Assembly (NCBI GenBank): GCA_012026655.1
Contig: JAAILG010000229.1
Coordinates: forward strand, 1 to 64,000
Source: Hydrolagus affinis
Taxonomy: Eukaryota
Length of the DNA stretch: 64,000 nucleotides
Direction: 5' to 3'
The notes under the pieces were generated by a model. It was not told the origin of the DNA. It did not search any database and worked only from the letters and a program-made list of their open reading frames with translations. Positions 63,315 to 64,000 of the stretch are shown here, piece after piece (the stretch's first letter is position 1; each line of letters begins with the position of its first letter). The position numbers and the translations under genes were made by a program.

Positions 63315-63620
63315 AATAATAAGAAAAATATTTGTTTCAGTGCCTTTCACGGAGGGAGGAGGTCTCAAACCACATGATGTTTACTGTAAAGTGTAACAGA
63401 TTTGTTGGTGATGTTATACAAATACACAGTCACTTCATTTTATAGTAAGTTCTGTGGAATGTTTTGGGACATCCAGCATGAAAGATGCTATATCAATTGC
63501 ATGGATTATTATTATTGTAATGAGGAACCAAAAGTGGATGTATACGGAAGCAATGGTATAACAACAAGAACGGTTTGCATTTATATGGCAACAATTTGCA
63601 TTTATCTTCATCACGGAGGC
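63315..63620. mobile_element. Cluster of three short SINE/L2 tail remnants (-, +, -)
   Basis: 'gtgcctttcacggagggaggaggtctcaaa', 'gttttgggacatccagcatgaaagatgctatatcaattgcatgg(ATT)n', and 'tttgcatttatatggc'. Confidence 0.6.
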
Positions 63621-63717
63621 CATCTAGGTAATGCACTTCAACAATAATTGTAAGTCTGTCATTCACTTTGTAGCCAGGTACATTATTGATCTGCAGTGAT
63701 GTATATGATTATAGTCA

Positions 63718-63990
63718 TCTTGGCTCAGTTGTTCGCGCTAATCTAATAAAGAACAATAATGAGTTCAAGCCCCACATTGGGATTTGAGCTCATTGTCACT
63801 ACTGGGGAAAGCATCATATTGTTGAAGGTTGTAACCTGTAGTTGAAATGTTTAACCGAGACCTGTTTGTTTTTTGCTCAAGTGGATTACTCAAGATGGTT
63901 AGAGATTGTTCTGACCAACAATCTTTCTGGTAAATTAATCAGTGAGAATTTTCTGTGCCCATAATAGTTGCCACATTCGCTTTATGAAGA
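63718..63990 (+). mobile_element. Old SacSINE-like tRNA-Deu SINE
   Basis: 'tggctcagttg...gagttcaagccccacattgggatttgagc...tgaaatgtttaaccgagacctgtttg...caagtggatt'. Confidence 0.65.
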
Positions 63991-64000
63991 TGGTCACTGC

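Noticed and set aside
1-64000. A novel multi-gene or prokaryote-type system
   Set aside because: There are no operon-like ORFs or intact enzymes; all recognisable coding sequence is decayed transposon-derived.

Overview
This is vertebrate non-coding DNA, almost certainly from a cartilaginous fish. A chimaera/elephant-shark-like holocephalan is the best guess from the repeat families, which is an inference. The window is AT-rich with three N gaps, and I cannot support any intact protein-coding gene, rRNA, true tRNA or CRISPR array. It looks like a large intron or gene desert. Interspersed repeats dominate: tRNA-derived SINEs with a Deu-type central domain and an L2-derived 3' tail, L2 and CR1 LINE fragments, Tigger/pogo elements (one CENP-B-type transposase N-terminus and two inverted copies of a MITE), decayed hAT and RTE-like coding relics, and a Penelope-like hairpin with an eroded hammerhead-type core. 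About 8 kb (3.6-11.9 kb) lacks recognisable repeats and carries PBX-HOX plus MEIS motif pairs, suggesting a cluster of conserved developmental enhancers. A CpG/ETS/NRF1/DR2-rich patch at ~57.5-57.8 kb looks promoter- or enhancer-like. I found no convincing novel multi-gene system; the best leads are unusual repeat architectures and candidate regulatory elements. Repeat boundaries are read by eye and approximate, and family names are recalled rather than database-confirmed.
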